14,044 nt of DNA from an uncultured Fibrobacteraceae bacterium (GCA_964436825.1 CAYTEO010000004.1:113738-127781), one strand, 5' to 3'. Counted from the stretch's first letter, positions 1-7,527 are shown. The notes: generated by a model from the letters alone, not told the origin. Numbers and translations: made by a program.

Positions 1-9
1 GAGGTGGCG

Positions 10-1413
10 TCAAGACGCCGCGGTTCCCCGCTGGAAGAAGAACCGTTCCCGTCCGCCGGCCGGACGCAGCTGGTCGAGCCAGACGGCACGGGGATCGTAC
101 CTGGCGAAGAAGGGGCGGTAGGTCCACTCGGGTCGGCGGGCCTGCAGGAAGCGCAGCGCGAGCACCTTCTCCCCGTCCTGCTCCGTCACGCCCAGTACCT
201 CCACCTTTCCGGGATCGGCGCTCATGCAGGGCCCGCGGACGGTGCGGGCCAGGCCCGAGACCTGCCGGGCGGCTTTGCGGAAGATCTGCCAGGCCTGCAC
301 CAGGGGAACGGCGAAGAAGTCGCGGGGGCCCGTGTCGCGGGCCACGAACATGTAGTACGGCACGATGCCCAGCTGGACCTCGCGACGCCACAGCTCGGCC
401 CAGGTGTCGGGATCGTCGTTGATCCCAGCCAGCAGGGGGGCCTGGGCCCGCAGGACGACACCCGTGTTCCGCAGGCGGGCGATGGCCGCGAGCGTGGCCG
501 GCGGCTCCAGCTCCCGCGGATGGTCCAGATGGAGCATCAGCGCCACGTGCTTGCCGGCGGCCGTCAGCCGCTCCAGCAGGGCCAGCAGCTCGTCGGCGTC
601 CGGGGCGTCCAGCAGGCGCATCGGCCACCAGGTCAGCGCCTTGGTCCCGATCCGGATGTTCCGCACATGGGCCAGATCCGGCTCCAGCAGGGGCTCCAGG
701 TAGGCGGCCAGATGGCGGGCCCGCATGACCAGTGGATCGCCACCGGTGACCAGCAGGTCGGTCACCTCGGGCTGTCCGCGGAGGTAGGCGTGCAGCTGTC
801 CGGCCTCCCGGGAGGCCAGGCGCAGGTCCACGTCCCCGGTGAACTGGGGCCAGCGGAAACAGAAGGAGCAGTAGCTGTGGCAGGTCTGGCCCTGGCTGGG
901 AAAGAACAGGACCGTCTCCCGGTACTTGTGCTGCAGACCCGACAGGGGCCGCCCCCTGGCGTCGCGGGGGCGGTTCTTCTTCAGCTGACCGGCGGGATGG
1001 GGATTGAGGGAGTGGCGGATCTCCCTGACCGCGGCCGCCAGGGCGATCCGGTCCCCCGAGCGCTCCAGCCGGTCGAGGCGGTCCAGGACCCGGGCGGGCA
1101 GCATCCGGGGGTGGGGGAAGACCATCCGGAAGATGGGATCGTCCGGGATCCGGTCCCAGTCGATCAGTTCCTCCAGGACGTAGGTATTGGCCCGGAAGGG
1201 TAGGACGGCGGTCACCAGGCGCATGCGCCTCAGGTCGGCCTCGGGCAACCTCTTCAGCTGGGGAAGATCGAGCAGGCTGCTCCCGCTGACCAGTCGCAGA
1301 CGCCGGTGTGCCGCTGGTCCGTCGGCGGCCGCCTGCATGGCACGCCAGGAAAACAGGTGGTCCAAGATGGTCACCCCTCCGTTGATGGTCGTGGCGAGGA
1401 TTGGCCGAAACAC
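10..1413 (-). CDS. KamA-family radical SAM aminomutase (lysine 2,3-aminomutase-like)
   Basis: 467-aa ORF. It has the radical-SAM cluster motif CHSYCSFCFRW (CxxxCxxC) and the KamA hallmark GGDPL (LLVTGGDPLVM). Overall length and layout resemble KamA/EpmB. The track start is GTG at 1413. In-frame TTG and ATG alternatives lie 8 and 25 codons downstream, with GGAGG about 10 nt before the TTG. The stop is at 10-12. The start codon is uncertain. Confidence 0.75.
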   Translation of the reverse strand: MFRPILATTINGGVTILDHLFSWRAMQAAADGPAAHRRLRLVSGSSLLDLPQLKRLPEADLRRMRLVTAVLPFRANTYVLEELIDWDRIPDDPIFRMVFPHPRMLPARVLDRLDRLERSGDRIALAAAVREIRHSLNPHPAGQLKKNRPRDARGRPLSGLQHKYRETVLFFPSQGQTCHSYCSFCFRWPQFTGDVDLRLASREAGQLHAYLRGQPEVTDLLVTGGDPLVMRARHLAAYLEPLLEPDLAHVRNIRIGTKALTWWPMRLLDAPDADELLALLERLTAAGKHVALMLHLDHPRELEPPATLAAIARLRNTGVVLRAQAPLLAGINDDPDTWAELWRREVQLGIVPYYMFVARDTGPRDFFAVPLVQAWQIFRKAARQVSGLARTVRGPCMSADPGKVEVLGVTEQDGEKVLALRFLQARRPEWTYRPFFARYDPRAVWLDQLRPAGGRERFFFQRGTAAS

Positions 1414-1467
1414 CCGGTACTATGATAGACGCTATCGGGGCCCGGGAGTTCCTTTTTTAATAAACAC

Positions 1468-2214
1468 TCAACCGGCAATCAGTTCCAGCCCCAGCGAGGC
1501 GACGGCGTAGCCGAAGATCCCCGGCAGGGCCATCCCGCTGGGCAGGGGGCGCCGGGGGCGGCCGCGTTGGAAGGCCGGTTCCTCGCCGGGATCGTCCAGG
1601 GGAACGGCCGGCGCCTCCTCCGACCAGACACACGGCAGCGGCCGGACCAGTCCCTCCCGGCGCAGCAGGCGGCGGACCCGCCGGGCCAGGGGGCAGCGCC
1701 GCGACGCCCACAGGTCGCCGCTGCGCACGGCCGAGACGTCCGTGTGTCCGGCCGCTCCCATGCTGCTGACCACCGGCCACTCCCGGCGCAGGCACCAGGC
1801 CAGCAGGGCGACCTTGGGACCCAGCCCGTCGATGGCGTCGACGAGCAGGTCGGGTCGCTCGTCCAGCAGCTCGGCCGCCGTGCCGGTGTGGAAGAAGGCG
1901 GACACCGGCCTGACCGCCGTGTCGGGGCAGGTGCGGGAGAGGAACCGGGCCAGGACCTCGGTCTTGGGCCGGCCCACGTCGCCGGGGCCGGCGCAGGGGT
2001 GGCGGTTCAGGCTCGACGGCGTGATCACGTCGGGATCGATCAGGGTCAGGGCGCCGATCCCGCTGCGGGCCAGGGCCACCGCCGCGTGGGAGCCCACACC
2101 GCCCGCGCCGACGACGACGGCCCGGGCCGCGCGGATGCGGGCGAACCGTTCGGGGCCGTAGAGACCGACGGTGCGGGCGAATCGCTCAGGGAAGTCGGAA
2201 GAGGCAACGGGCAT
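1468..2214 (-). CDS. tcdA: tRNA threonylcarbamoyladenosine dehydratase TcdA (ThiF/MoeB E1-like)
   Basis: Rossmann segment VVVGAGGVGSHAAVALARSGIGALTLIDPDVITPSSLNRH, with an order of motifs collinear with E. coli TcdA/CsdL. I trimmed the track ORF (1468..2379) to the ATG at 2214-2212, which is preceded by GAGGAG with a 10-nt spacer. The trimmed start overlaps the upstream TatD stop by 29 nt. Confidence 0.85.
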   Translation of the reverse strand: MPVASSDFPERFARTVGLYGPERFARIRAARAVVVGAGGVGSHAAVALARSGIGALTLIDPDVITPSSLNRHPCAGPGDVGRPKTEVLARFLSRTCPDTAVRPVSAFFHTGTAAELLDERPDLLVDAIDGLGPKVALLAWCLRREWPVVSSMGAAGHTDVSAVRSGDLWASRRCPLARRVRRLLRREGLVRPLPCVWSEEAPAVPLDDPGEEPAFQRGRPRRPLPSGMALPGIFGYAVASLGLELIAG

Positions 2215-2956
2215 TGGCGGTCGTCTCCTCGGCGATGGTCTCCAGGGGAACGCCGCGCAGGTCGGCCAGCGCGGCGGCCACCTCCCGCACGTGCCGCGGC
2301 TCGGTCTCCCGCGGCGCAACGCCCTCCAGGCCGATGGAGGGGGCGTCGGTCTCCAGCACGATCCTGTCCAGGGGCGCAACCTGGGCGCTGCGCCGCGGCC
2401 GGCGGGCCCGCGGCCTGGTGATCGCCCCCCCGAACCCCAGGTGCAGCCCCAGGTCGAGGAAGCGTCGCATCAGCTCCGGACCGCGGCTGAAGGCGTGGAC
2501 GACACCCTGCACCGGCGCCAGCGGCGCCAGCAGTTCCAGCAGCTCCGCGAAGGCTCCGCGAACGTGCAGGACGACCGGCAGGTCCAGCTCCCGCGCCACG
2601 GCCAGCTGGACCTCCAGGACCGGCGTCTGGACGGCCAGCGGTGGATGGTCCACCTTCCCGTCCAGCCCGATCTCGCCCACGGCCACCGCGTTGCTCTCGC
2701 GCAGGGCACGGCGCAACCGGTCGGCCAGTGCCTGCGGGTCCGGGGCCTGGTCGGCCACCCACGGGTGGAGCCCCAGGCAGGGGTGGACATCCGGGTGCGC
2801 TGTCGCCAGGTCGCGGATGGCGCCCCAGGATCCCAGGTCGTACGCCGGCACGACGCAGCCGCTCACCTCCGCGGCGGTGGCCCGTGCCAGCACCCCCGGC
2901 ACGTCGTCGCCCAGGGGGGGCATGTCCAGGTGGGCGTGACTGTCGATCAGTCGCAC
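2186..2956 (-). CDS. TatD-family metal-dependent hydrolase/DNase
   Basis: N-terminal VRLIDSHAHLDM (TatD/YcfH signature), then GLHPW, AVGEIGLD, VVLHVRGA, HAFSG-like and LETDAP motifs. The track ORF (2186..3379) has a 141-codon out-of-context N-terminal extension running through the MBL gene, so I trimmed it to the GTG at 2956. This start overlaps the upstream MBL gene stop by 10 nt, which suggests translational coupling. Confidence 0.85.
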   Translation of the reverse strand: MRLIDSHAHLDMPPLGDDVPGVLARATAAEVSGCVVPAYDLGSWGAIRDLATAHPDVHPCLGLHPWVADQAPDPQALADRLRRALRESNAVAVGEIGLDGKVDHPPLAVQTPVLEVQLAVARELDLPVVLHVRGAFAELLELLAPLAPVQGVVHAFSRGPELMRRFLDLGLHLGFGGAITRPRARRPRRSAQVAPLDRIVLETDAPSIGLEGVAPRETEPRHVREVAAALADLRGVPLETIAEETTANARCLFRLP

Positions 2957-3750
2957 ATCGCCCTCCCGGAGACCGTGGATTCCTCCAGGATGACGGTGGG
3001 AGTGTCCTGTCTGGCCACCAGCCAGCGCACTCCGGCCGGGTCGCCGGCCGCCTCCCGGACGTCGGCAAGGGCCAGTTCCGGTTCGTTGTTCTGCTCGCTG
3101 AGATGTCCCAGGACCACGATCCGCAGCCGGGACGAGTGCCGCCTGGCCGTCGCCACCAGCTCGCCGCACTGGCGGTTGCTCAGATGGCCGCGCGGGCCGG
3201 CGATGCGGTGTTTCAGGAAGGCGGGGTAGGGACCGTCTCGCAGCAGGACAGGATCGTGGTTGGCCTCGACGTACAGGACGTCCAGGCCGGACAGCGACGC
3301 GGTGGGCAGGCCGTCCACCGTCCCCAGGTCGGTCAGCAACAGCAGGCTCAGGTCCGGCCCGTCCAGGCGGAAGGCGCACGGTTCCGCAGCGTCATGGGAG
3401 GTGGGGATCGCGGTGATGCGCATCCCGGCCAGCGCGAACGGTCGCAACGGGGCCACCAGCCGGGCGGCGGGCAGTTGCGCCAGTCCGCTGTGGCGAGCCG
3501 TCCCGGCGGTCATCATGACCGGCACTCCGAGGCTCGCGGACAGCCGGGCGGCACCGCGCACGTGATCGGTGTGTTCGTGGGTCAGCAGGAGGGCTTCGAT
3601 GCCCCGGGGATCGATGCGGGCCTCCGCCAGCCTGCGCAGGGTCTCGCGACGGGAGAGGCCGCAGTCGACCAGCACGCCCCGGCCGCCGCGCAGCACGCAG
3701 GTGGCGTTGCCCCTGCTGCCACTGGCCAGGTTCACGATGCGCGTGGGCAC
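2947..3750 (-). CDS. MBL-fold metallo-hydrolase, YycJ/WalJ-like
   Basis: N-terminus IVNLASGSRGNATCV...LVDCGLS, HxHxDH motif (LTHEHTDHVRG), then a downstream His and Asp pattern, all collinear with Bacillus YycJ. GTG start at 3750 is preceded by GGAGGAG with a 7-nt spacer. Stop is TGA at 2949-2947. Confidence 0.8.
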   Translation of the reverse strand: MPTRIVNLASGSRGNATCVLRGGRGVLVDCGLSRRETLRRLAEARIDPRGIEALLLTHEHTDHVRGAARLSASLGVPVMMTAGTARHSGLAQLPAARLVAPLRPFALAGMRITAIPTSHDAAEPCAFRLDGPDLSLLLLTDLGTVDGLPTASLSGLDVLYVEANHDPVLLRDGPYPAFLKHRIAGPRGHLSNRQCGELVATARRHSSRLRIVVLGHLSEQNNEPELALADVREAAGDPAGVRWLVARQDTPTVILEESTVSGRAMCD

Positions 3751-3793
3751 TCCGTCTCCTCCCCCCGGGCGCCGGCAGGGCAGCCAGGGCGGT

Positions 3794-4687
3794 TCAGGGC
3801 CGCTTGCCCTCCAGGAAGAACACCTCGAAGACCTTCTCGTGGAAGATCGGCCCGTGGCCGAAGTAGCCGTCCTCCCCGAACAGCTCGCCGTGGTCGGACA
3901 TGATCATCAGCCAGGTGTTGCGGGGACACTTCTCCAGCAGCTCGCCGACGACGCGGTCCAGGTGTTCGACGCAGGCGATCTGCTTCTCGTAGAACGCCTT
4001 GAACTGCTGCGGGGTGAAGAACTCGTCCTGCTTGCGGTCCTGCAGGAACTCCGACGGATTCTTCAGGAAGTCGTCCAGGTGCTTGAAGACGCCGTGGACG
4101 CCGCTGATGTGGGGCAGGTCGTCGGCCGTCTCCCCGGGCAGGAGGTACGGGTAGTGGGTCTCGCCGGTGTTGATGAAGAAGAACGACGGGCGGTCGTCCC
4201 GGAACTCGAGCCGCTGGACGATGGCCCGCAGGTCGTTGTGGCTCGGCGCCAGCTCGTAGCGGTCGAAGTGCTGGCTCAAGGTGGTCATCGGGTTCAGCAC
4301 CGGCAGGCTGACCCAGCCCTCGCACCAGTAGCCCTGCTGCTTCAGGAAGTAGGGGAGCGACAGCTCGGGGACGAACTTCCTGAACTCCACGTCCGGCATG
4401 TTGATCCGCGTTCCCCAGGTGATGAACTCCTCCCGGTAGACCTCGGAGGCGAAGACCCCCCGGGGACTGGCGTGGGGGACCATGCCCATCAGGAAGGTGT
4501 AGTGGCTCGGACTGGTCCAGCTGGCGTAGCTGTAGCGGCGCTCCGCGACGCCGATGCGGTCCAGGTTGGGGGTCCGGGCCGCCTGGAAGGCATCCCAGCG
4601 ACAGCTGTCGAAGACGATCAGGACGATGTTGTTCAGCTTGTCGCCACCGGTGAGCTTGTCCTTCAGCTTGTCGATCAGGCCGGCCAT
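3794..4687 (-). CDS. Alkaline-phosphatase-superfamily metalloenzyme, type I phosphodiesterase / nucleotide pyrophosphatase (NPP)-like
   Basis: The protein contains NIVLIVFDSCRWD, which resembles the NPP LxxDGxRxD metal-site motif. It also has SWTSPSHYTFLMGM (compare NPP TxPNHYTIVTG, the Thr nucleophile region) and a C-terminal MSDHGELFGEDGYFGHG (compare SDHGM...GxHGY). I trimmed the track ORF (to 4762) to the ATG at 4687-4685, which is preceded by AGGGAG with a 5-nt spacer. The gene is about 10 points lower in GC than its neighbours by eye, and the protein is unusually rich in F, K, Y and N. Confidence 0.6.
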   Translation of the reverse strand: MAGLIDKLKDKLTGGDKLNNIVLIVFDSCRWDAFQAARTPNLDRIGVAERRYSYASWTSPSHYTFLMGMVPHASPRGVFASEVYREEFITWGTRINMPDVEFRKFVPELSLPYFLKQQGYWCEGWVSLPVLNPMTTLSQHFDRYELAPSHNDLRAIVQRLEFRDDRPSFFFINTGETHYPYLLPGETADDLPHISGVHGVFKHLDDFLKNPSEFLQDRKQDEFFTPQQFKAFYEKQIACVEHLDRVVGELLEKCPRNTWLMIMSDHGELFGEDGYFGHGPIFHEKVFEVFFLEGKRP

Positions 4688-4717
4688 GGTCGCTCCCTGG
4701 GTTGGGGGTAGGTTCCC

Positions 4718-4746
4718 ATTATCGGTCCTGTGGTCGGCGGCGGCAA
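4718..4746 (-). promoter_or_regulatory. sigma-70-like promoter for the AP-superfamily gene (-35 TTGCCG, 17-nt spacer, -10 GATAAT)
   Basis: On the minus strand TTGCCG (4746-4741) and GATAAT (4723-4718) are separated by 17 nt, about 30 nt upstream of the ATG at 4687. This is a sequence match only. Confidence 0.3.
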
Positions 4747-4759
4747 GTGTCGCGGACGT

Positions 4760-4788
4760 CACCGGCGGCCCGCTGGGGGCCGCCGGTG
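4760..4788 (-). terminator. GC-rich stem-loop downstream of trxA (12-bp stem, 5-nt loop, no U-tract)
   Basis: The perfect inverted repeat CCGGCGGCCC (4762-4771) and GGGCCGCCGG (4777-4786) can be extended by 2 bp on each side. It lies 30 nt after the trxA stop. It is not followed by a T-run on the minus strand, so it may be a non-canonical terminator or a processing or attenuation structure. Confidence 0.3.
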
Positions 4789-4816
4789 GGTGAGGACCGT
4801 CCGTTCCGTGCCGGGA

Positions 4817-5140
4817 TCAGAGGGCGGCGTCGATGGCCGCGGCCAGGTCCTCCTTGGGGCGGACGCCGACCAGCGAATTGACGGCCTGGCCGCCCTTGAA
4901 GATCATGACCGTCGGGATGCCGCGGATTCCGTAGCGCATGGCCAGGTCCTGGTTGTCGTCGACGTTGACCTTCACGACCTTGATCTTGTCGCCGTACTGC
5001 TGGGCCAGCTCGTCGATGATCGGGGCGATCATCCGGCACGGCCCGCACCACGGGGCCCAGAAGTCGACGACGACCGGCACGGGGCTCTGCAGGACCTCGG
5101 GCTCGAAGGTGGCGGTATCGACTGCCAGTGCGTTGCTCAT
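4817..5140 (-). CDS. trxA: Thioredoxin
   Basis: 107 aa with the canonical WCGPC active site. Full-length similarity to TrxA ([24 protein letters not shown]...). ATG at 5140 with AAGGAGA 6 nt upstream. Confidence 0.95.
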   Translation of the reverse strand: MSNALAVDTATFEPEVLQSPVPVVVDFWAPWCGPCRMIAPIIDELAQQYGDKIKVVKVNVDDNQDLAMRYGIRGIPTVMIFKGGQAVNSLVGVRPKEDLAAAIDAAL

Positions 5141-5195
5141 GAGAGTCTCCTTCTGTTTCGATGAAGCAGGTTGCTCGCTCGCTCATGCCCAGCAG

Positions 5196-5212
5196 AGCAG
5201 GGAGCGTGCCAG
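5196..5212 (-). promoter_or_regulatory. sigma-54 (RpoN) -24/-12 promoter upstream of trxA
   Basis: The minus strand reads CTGGCACG-CTCC-CTGCT. Against the consensus TGGCACG-N4-TTGCW this scores 7/7 at -24 and 4/5 at -12, with correct GG-N10-GC spacing. The -12 GC is about 57 nt upstream of the trxA ATG. Confidence 0.5.
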
Positions 5213-5296
5213 GATCGTCGTGATGCATCCTTGGTCGTAACCGGTTGAATCATCTGTCGATACATCCCTGGAAGCGAACAACCGGGAACAAGATAT

Positions 5297-5320
5297 GTTG
5301 CATTGCAACGTTGTTGTTGC
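5297..5320. promoter_or_regulatory. Overlapping dyad-symmetric elements (putative enhancer-binding-protein site / UAS)
   Basis: GTTGCA-T-TGCAAC is a perfect 6+6 inverted repeat at 5297-5309. It overlaps a second dyad, GCAAC-N6-GTTGC (5305-5320). The pair sits about 95 bp upstream of the sigma-54 -24 element and about 45 bp upstream of the divergent EBP start codon. Confidence 0.4.
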
Positions 5321-5331
5321 TACGATATTGT
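5303..5331 (+). promoter_or_regulatory. Possible sigma-70-like promoter of the EBP gene (-35 TTGCAA, 17-nt spacer, -10 TATTGT)
   Basis: The -35 hexamer lies inside the palindrome, which would allow autoregulation. The -10 TATTGT at 5326-5331 is about 24 nt before the ATG. The GAGGTGA Shine-Dalgarno is at 5345-5351. This is a weak sequence-only call. Confidence 0.25.
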
Positions 5332-5354
5332 TTCAATCAACATCGAGGTGAGCG

Positions 5355-6731
5355 ATGCCCCCAGCCCTGACGGAATTCTGTCGCTGCCATCCCGGGAGCG
5401 TCGTCCGGATCCTGGACGCCCTGCAGGAGATGGTCCTGGTCGCCGGGCCCGACCTGCGCCTCTCGGCCATCAACGAGGCTGCCGCCCACTTCCTGGGAGT
5501 CCGCCGCGAGGAGGTGCTGGGACAGCCCCTCTGCGACCTGTTCGCCGAGGACGCCTGTCCCGTGGACTGCCTGGGCGAGACCCTCCGGACGGGGCGTCCC
5601 ATCGTCGACTACCAGACCGACGTCGCCCTGCCGGACGGCCGCCGCTTCGACATCCTCGTGCGGACCGTGCCCCTCGAACCGGCGGAACCGGACGTCGGTG
5701 CGGGCGCCGCCCTCATCCTGCGCGACGTCACCGAGGTGACGAGCCTGCGCAAGGAGATCAGCGGCCGGACCCTATTTGCCGGGATCGTCGGCAAGAGTCG
5801 CCGGATGCAGGAGCTGTACACCCTGATCGAGGACGTGGCACCGACCGAGGCGACGGTCCTGATCCGGGGCGAAACCGGGACGGGGAAGGAGCTGGTGGCC
5901 CGGGCCATCCACCGCCACAGCCGGCGCAGCGAGGGGCCGTTCGTCACGGTCAACTGCTCGGCCCTGTCGGAGACCCTGCTGGAGAGCGAGCTGTTCGGGC
6001 ACGTCCGCGGCGCTTTCACCGGGGCGGTCGCCGACCGGCGGGGCCGTTTCGAGGAGGCCCGCGGAGGTACCCTCTTCCTGGACGAGATCGGGGACGTCAG
6101 TCCCGTCGTCCAGGTCAAGCTGCTGCGGGTCCTGCAGGAGCGGGTCATCGAGCGGGTGGGGGACAACACGCCCCGGCCGGTGGACGTGCGGATCATCACG
6201 GCCACGAACCGCGACCTGGAGGAGCTGGTGGCCATCGGCCGGATCCGGCGCGACTTCTACTACCGGATCAAGGTGGTCGTCCTGGAGCTGCCGCCGCTGC
6301 GGGAACGGCGCGAGGACATCCCCCTGCTGCTGGAACACCTCCTGCGGCGCCACGGGCGCACCGTGGAGGATGTGGCGCCCGAGACGCTCCGCCTGCTGAT
6401 GGACCACGACTGGCCCGGCAACATCCGGGAGCTGGAGAACGCCATCGAGCACGCCGTCGTCCTGAGCCGGGGCGGTCCCATCGAGCCGCGCCACCTGCCG
6501 CCGGAGATCGTTCGGGCCGTCCCAGTCGGGGGCGGGCGGCCGGTCGCCTCGCGCCGCGCACCCCTGGAGCGGGAGACGATCCTGGCGGCCCTGGAGCGCC
6601 AGCACTGGCACCGGGGCCGGACGGCACGGGAGCTGGGGATCGACAGGACGACCCTGTGGCGCAGGATGCGGGAATACGGTCTGCTGGACGACCGCCACCG
6701 GCGGGGAAGGGAGGGCGGCGATGGGCGGTAG
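5355..6731 (+). CDS. sigma-54-dependent transcriptional activator (PAS sensor - AAA+ sigma-54 interaction domain - Fis-type HTH), no receiver domain
   Basis: N-terminal PAS-like region (about residues 10-130). Walker A GETGTGKE, the sigma-54 contact motif GAFTGA, Walker B LFLDEIGD and the arginine finger region. C-terminal HTH ([21 protein letters not shown]). ATG at 5355 is preceded by GAGGTGA. Stop is TAG at 6729-6731. Confidence 0.9.
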   Translation: MPPALTEFCRCHPGSVVRILDALQEMVLVAGPDLRLSAINEAAAHFLGVRREEVLGQPLCDLFAEDACPVDCLGETLRTGRPIVDYQTDVALPDGRRFDILVRTVPLEPAEPDVGAGAALILRDVTEVTSLRKEISGRTLFAGIVGKSRRMQELYTLIEDVAPTEATVLIRGETGTGKELVARAIHRHSRRSEGPFVTVNCSALSETLLESELFGHVRGAFTGAVADRRGRFEEARGGTLFLDEIGDVSPVVQVKLLRVLQERVIERVGDNTPRPVDVRIITATNRDLEELVAIGRIRRDFYYRIKVVVLELPPLRERREDIPLLLEHLLRRHGRTVEDVAPETLRLLMDHDWPGNIRELENAIEHAVVLSRGGPIEPRHLPPEIVRAVPVGGGRPVASRRAPLERETILAALERQHWHRGRTARELGIDRTTLWRRMREYGLLDDRHRRGREGGDGR

Positions 6732-7509
6732 GGGCGGAGGCTGGATCCTGGGCTGCGGGATCGGCTGCGGGGTGCTGATCCTGGTCGGGATGCTGGTCGT
6801 CGGCGGCGTCTTCCTGGCGGGGAAGAAGACGGCTCGGCACTTCGCCAGGGCCGTCGCCCTGGAGGACAGCCTCATGGCTAGATGCGGTCGGCCCGAGGAC
6901 TACGTCCCGCCGCCGGACGGCCGGATTCCCCCCGAGAGGCTGGCCCTCTTCCTGGCCGTGCGGGACAGCGTCGTCGAAGCGGAGCGGGACTTCCTGGCCG
7001 AGGTCGAGTCCCTGGACGGCGCCGGTGGCGGGATCGGCCGGTTCCTGAAGGCGTTGCGCCACGGCGTGGGGTCGCTCTCCCGGCTCGGCGAGGTGATCGA
7101 CCGGCGTGACCGGGCCCTGCTGGCGGTGGGGATGAACCCGGGTGAATACGCCTGGTGGACGGTGATGATCTATCACTGCTGGCTGGGCCAGCCGCTCCGT
7201 CCGCCGGAGCTGGCCGACCGGGAGCACTTCCACCTGGAACTCGGCGAGCAGGAACTGGTCAGGGTGATCCGTTCGCGGTTCGTGGCGCAGGTCGACAGTG
7301 CCATGGCCGCGGGGGAGACCCAGGAGTGGCTGGCCCAGCTGGCCGCCGAGTCGCGACGGCTGATCCGGGAGCCGGGGCGGCTTCCCTGGGAGGACGGACT
7401 CCCCCGGCGCACTCTCCTCTCCCTGGCCGGCAGGCGGGAGGAGCTGGAGGCCAGGGGCACTCCCGCAGCCTGTCTGCTGGTGGGGACGACACTGGGGAAG
7501 GACGACTAG
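6721..7509 (+). CDS. Hypothetical membrane-anchored protein (one N-terminal TM helix plus a roughly 220-aa soluble domain), translationally coupled to the EBP
   Basis: The ATG at 6721 overlaps the EBP stop by 11 nt (ATGGGCGGTAG). The hydrophobic segment [27 protein letters not shown] is followed by KK (positive-inside). GC3 usage is high and coding-like throughout. I recognise no domain. Confidence 0.6.
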   Translation: MGGRGGGWILGCGIGCGVLILVGMLVVGGVFLAGKKTARHFARAVALEDSLMARCGRPEDYVPPPDGRIPPERLALFLAVRDSVVEAERDFLAEVESLDGAGGGIGRFLKALRHGVGSLSRLGEVIDRRDRALLAVGMNPGEYAWWTVMIYHCWLGQPLRPPELADREHFHLELGEQELVRVIRSRFVAQVDSAMAAGETQEWLAQLAAESRRLIREPGRLPWEDGLPRRTLLSLAGRREELEARGTPAACLLVGTTLGKDD

Positions 7510-7527
7510 GGCCGGACAGGCCGGCGG

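Noticed and set aside
4-1203. 399-aa plus-strand ORF
   Set aside because: It is antisense to the KamA gene, has a low-complexity Gly/Pro/Ala/Arg composition, and shows no motif. It is a GC artefact.
2957-3379. N-terminal 141 codons of track ORF 2186..3379, plus similar extensions of ORFs 1468..2379, 9230..10609 and 3794..4762
   Set aside because: The extensions run through neighbouring genes or intergenic DNA, have low-complexity composition, and lie upstream of homology-supported start codons that have Shine-Dalgarno sequences. I trimmed them.
3569-4711. 380-aa plus-strand ORF
   Set aside because: It is antisense to the AP-superfamily gene. It has the L/V/Q/E-rich composition typical of the antisense of a coding strand and shows no motif.
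5303-6778. 491-aa plus-strand ORF overlapping the EBP gene
   Set aside because: It is in an alternative frame of the clearly real sigma-54 activator, and its product is an Arg/Pro/Gly-rich low-complexity sequence.
7510-7526. Short GGCCGG-acagg-CCGGCG hairpin between the convergent stops at 7509 and 7528
   Set aside because: The stem is only 5-6 bp with no T-run on either strand. That is too weak to call a bidirectional terminator.
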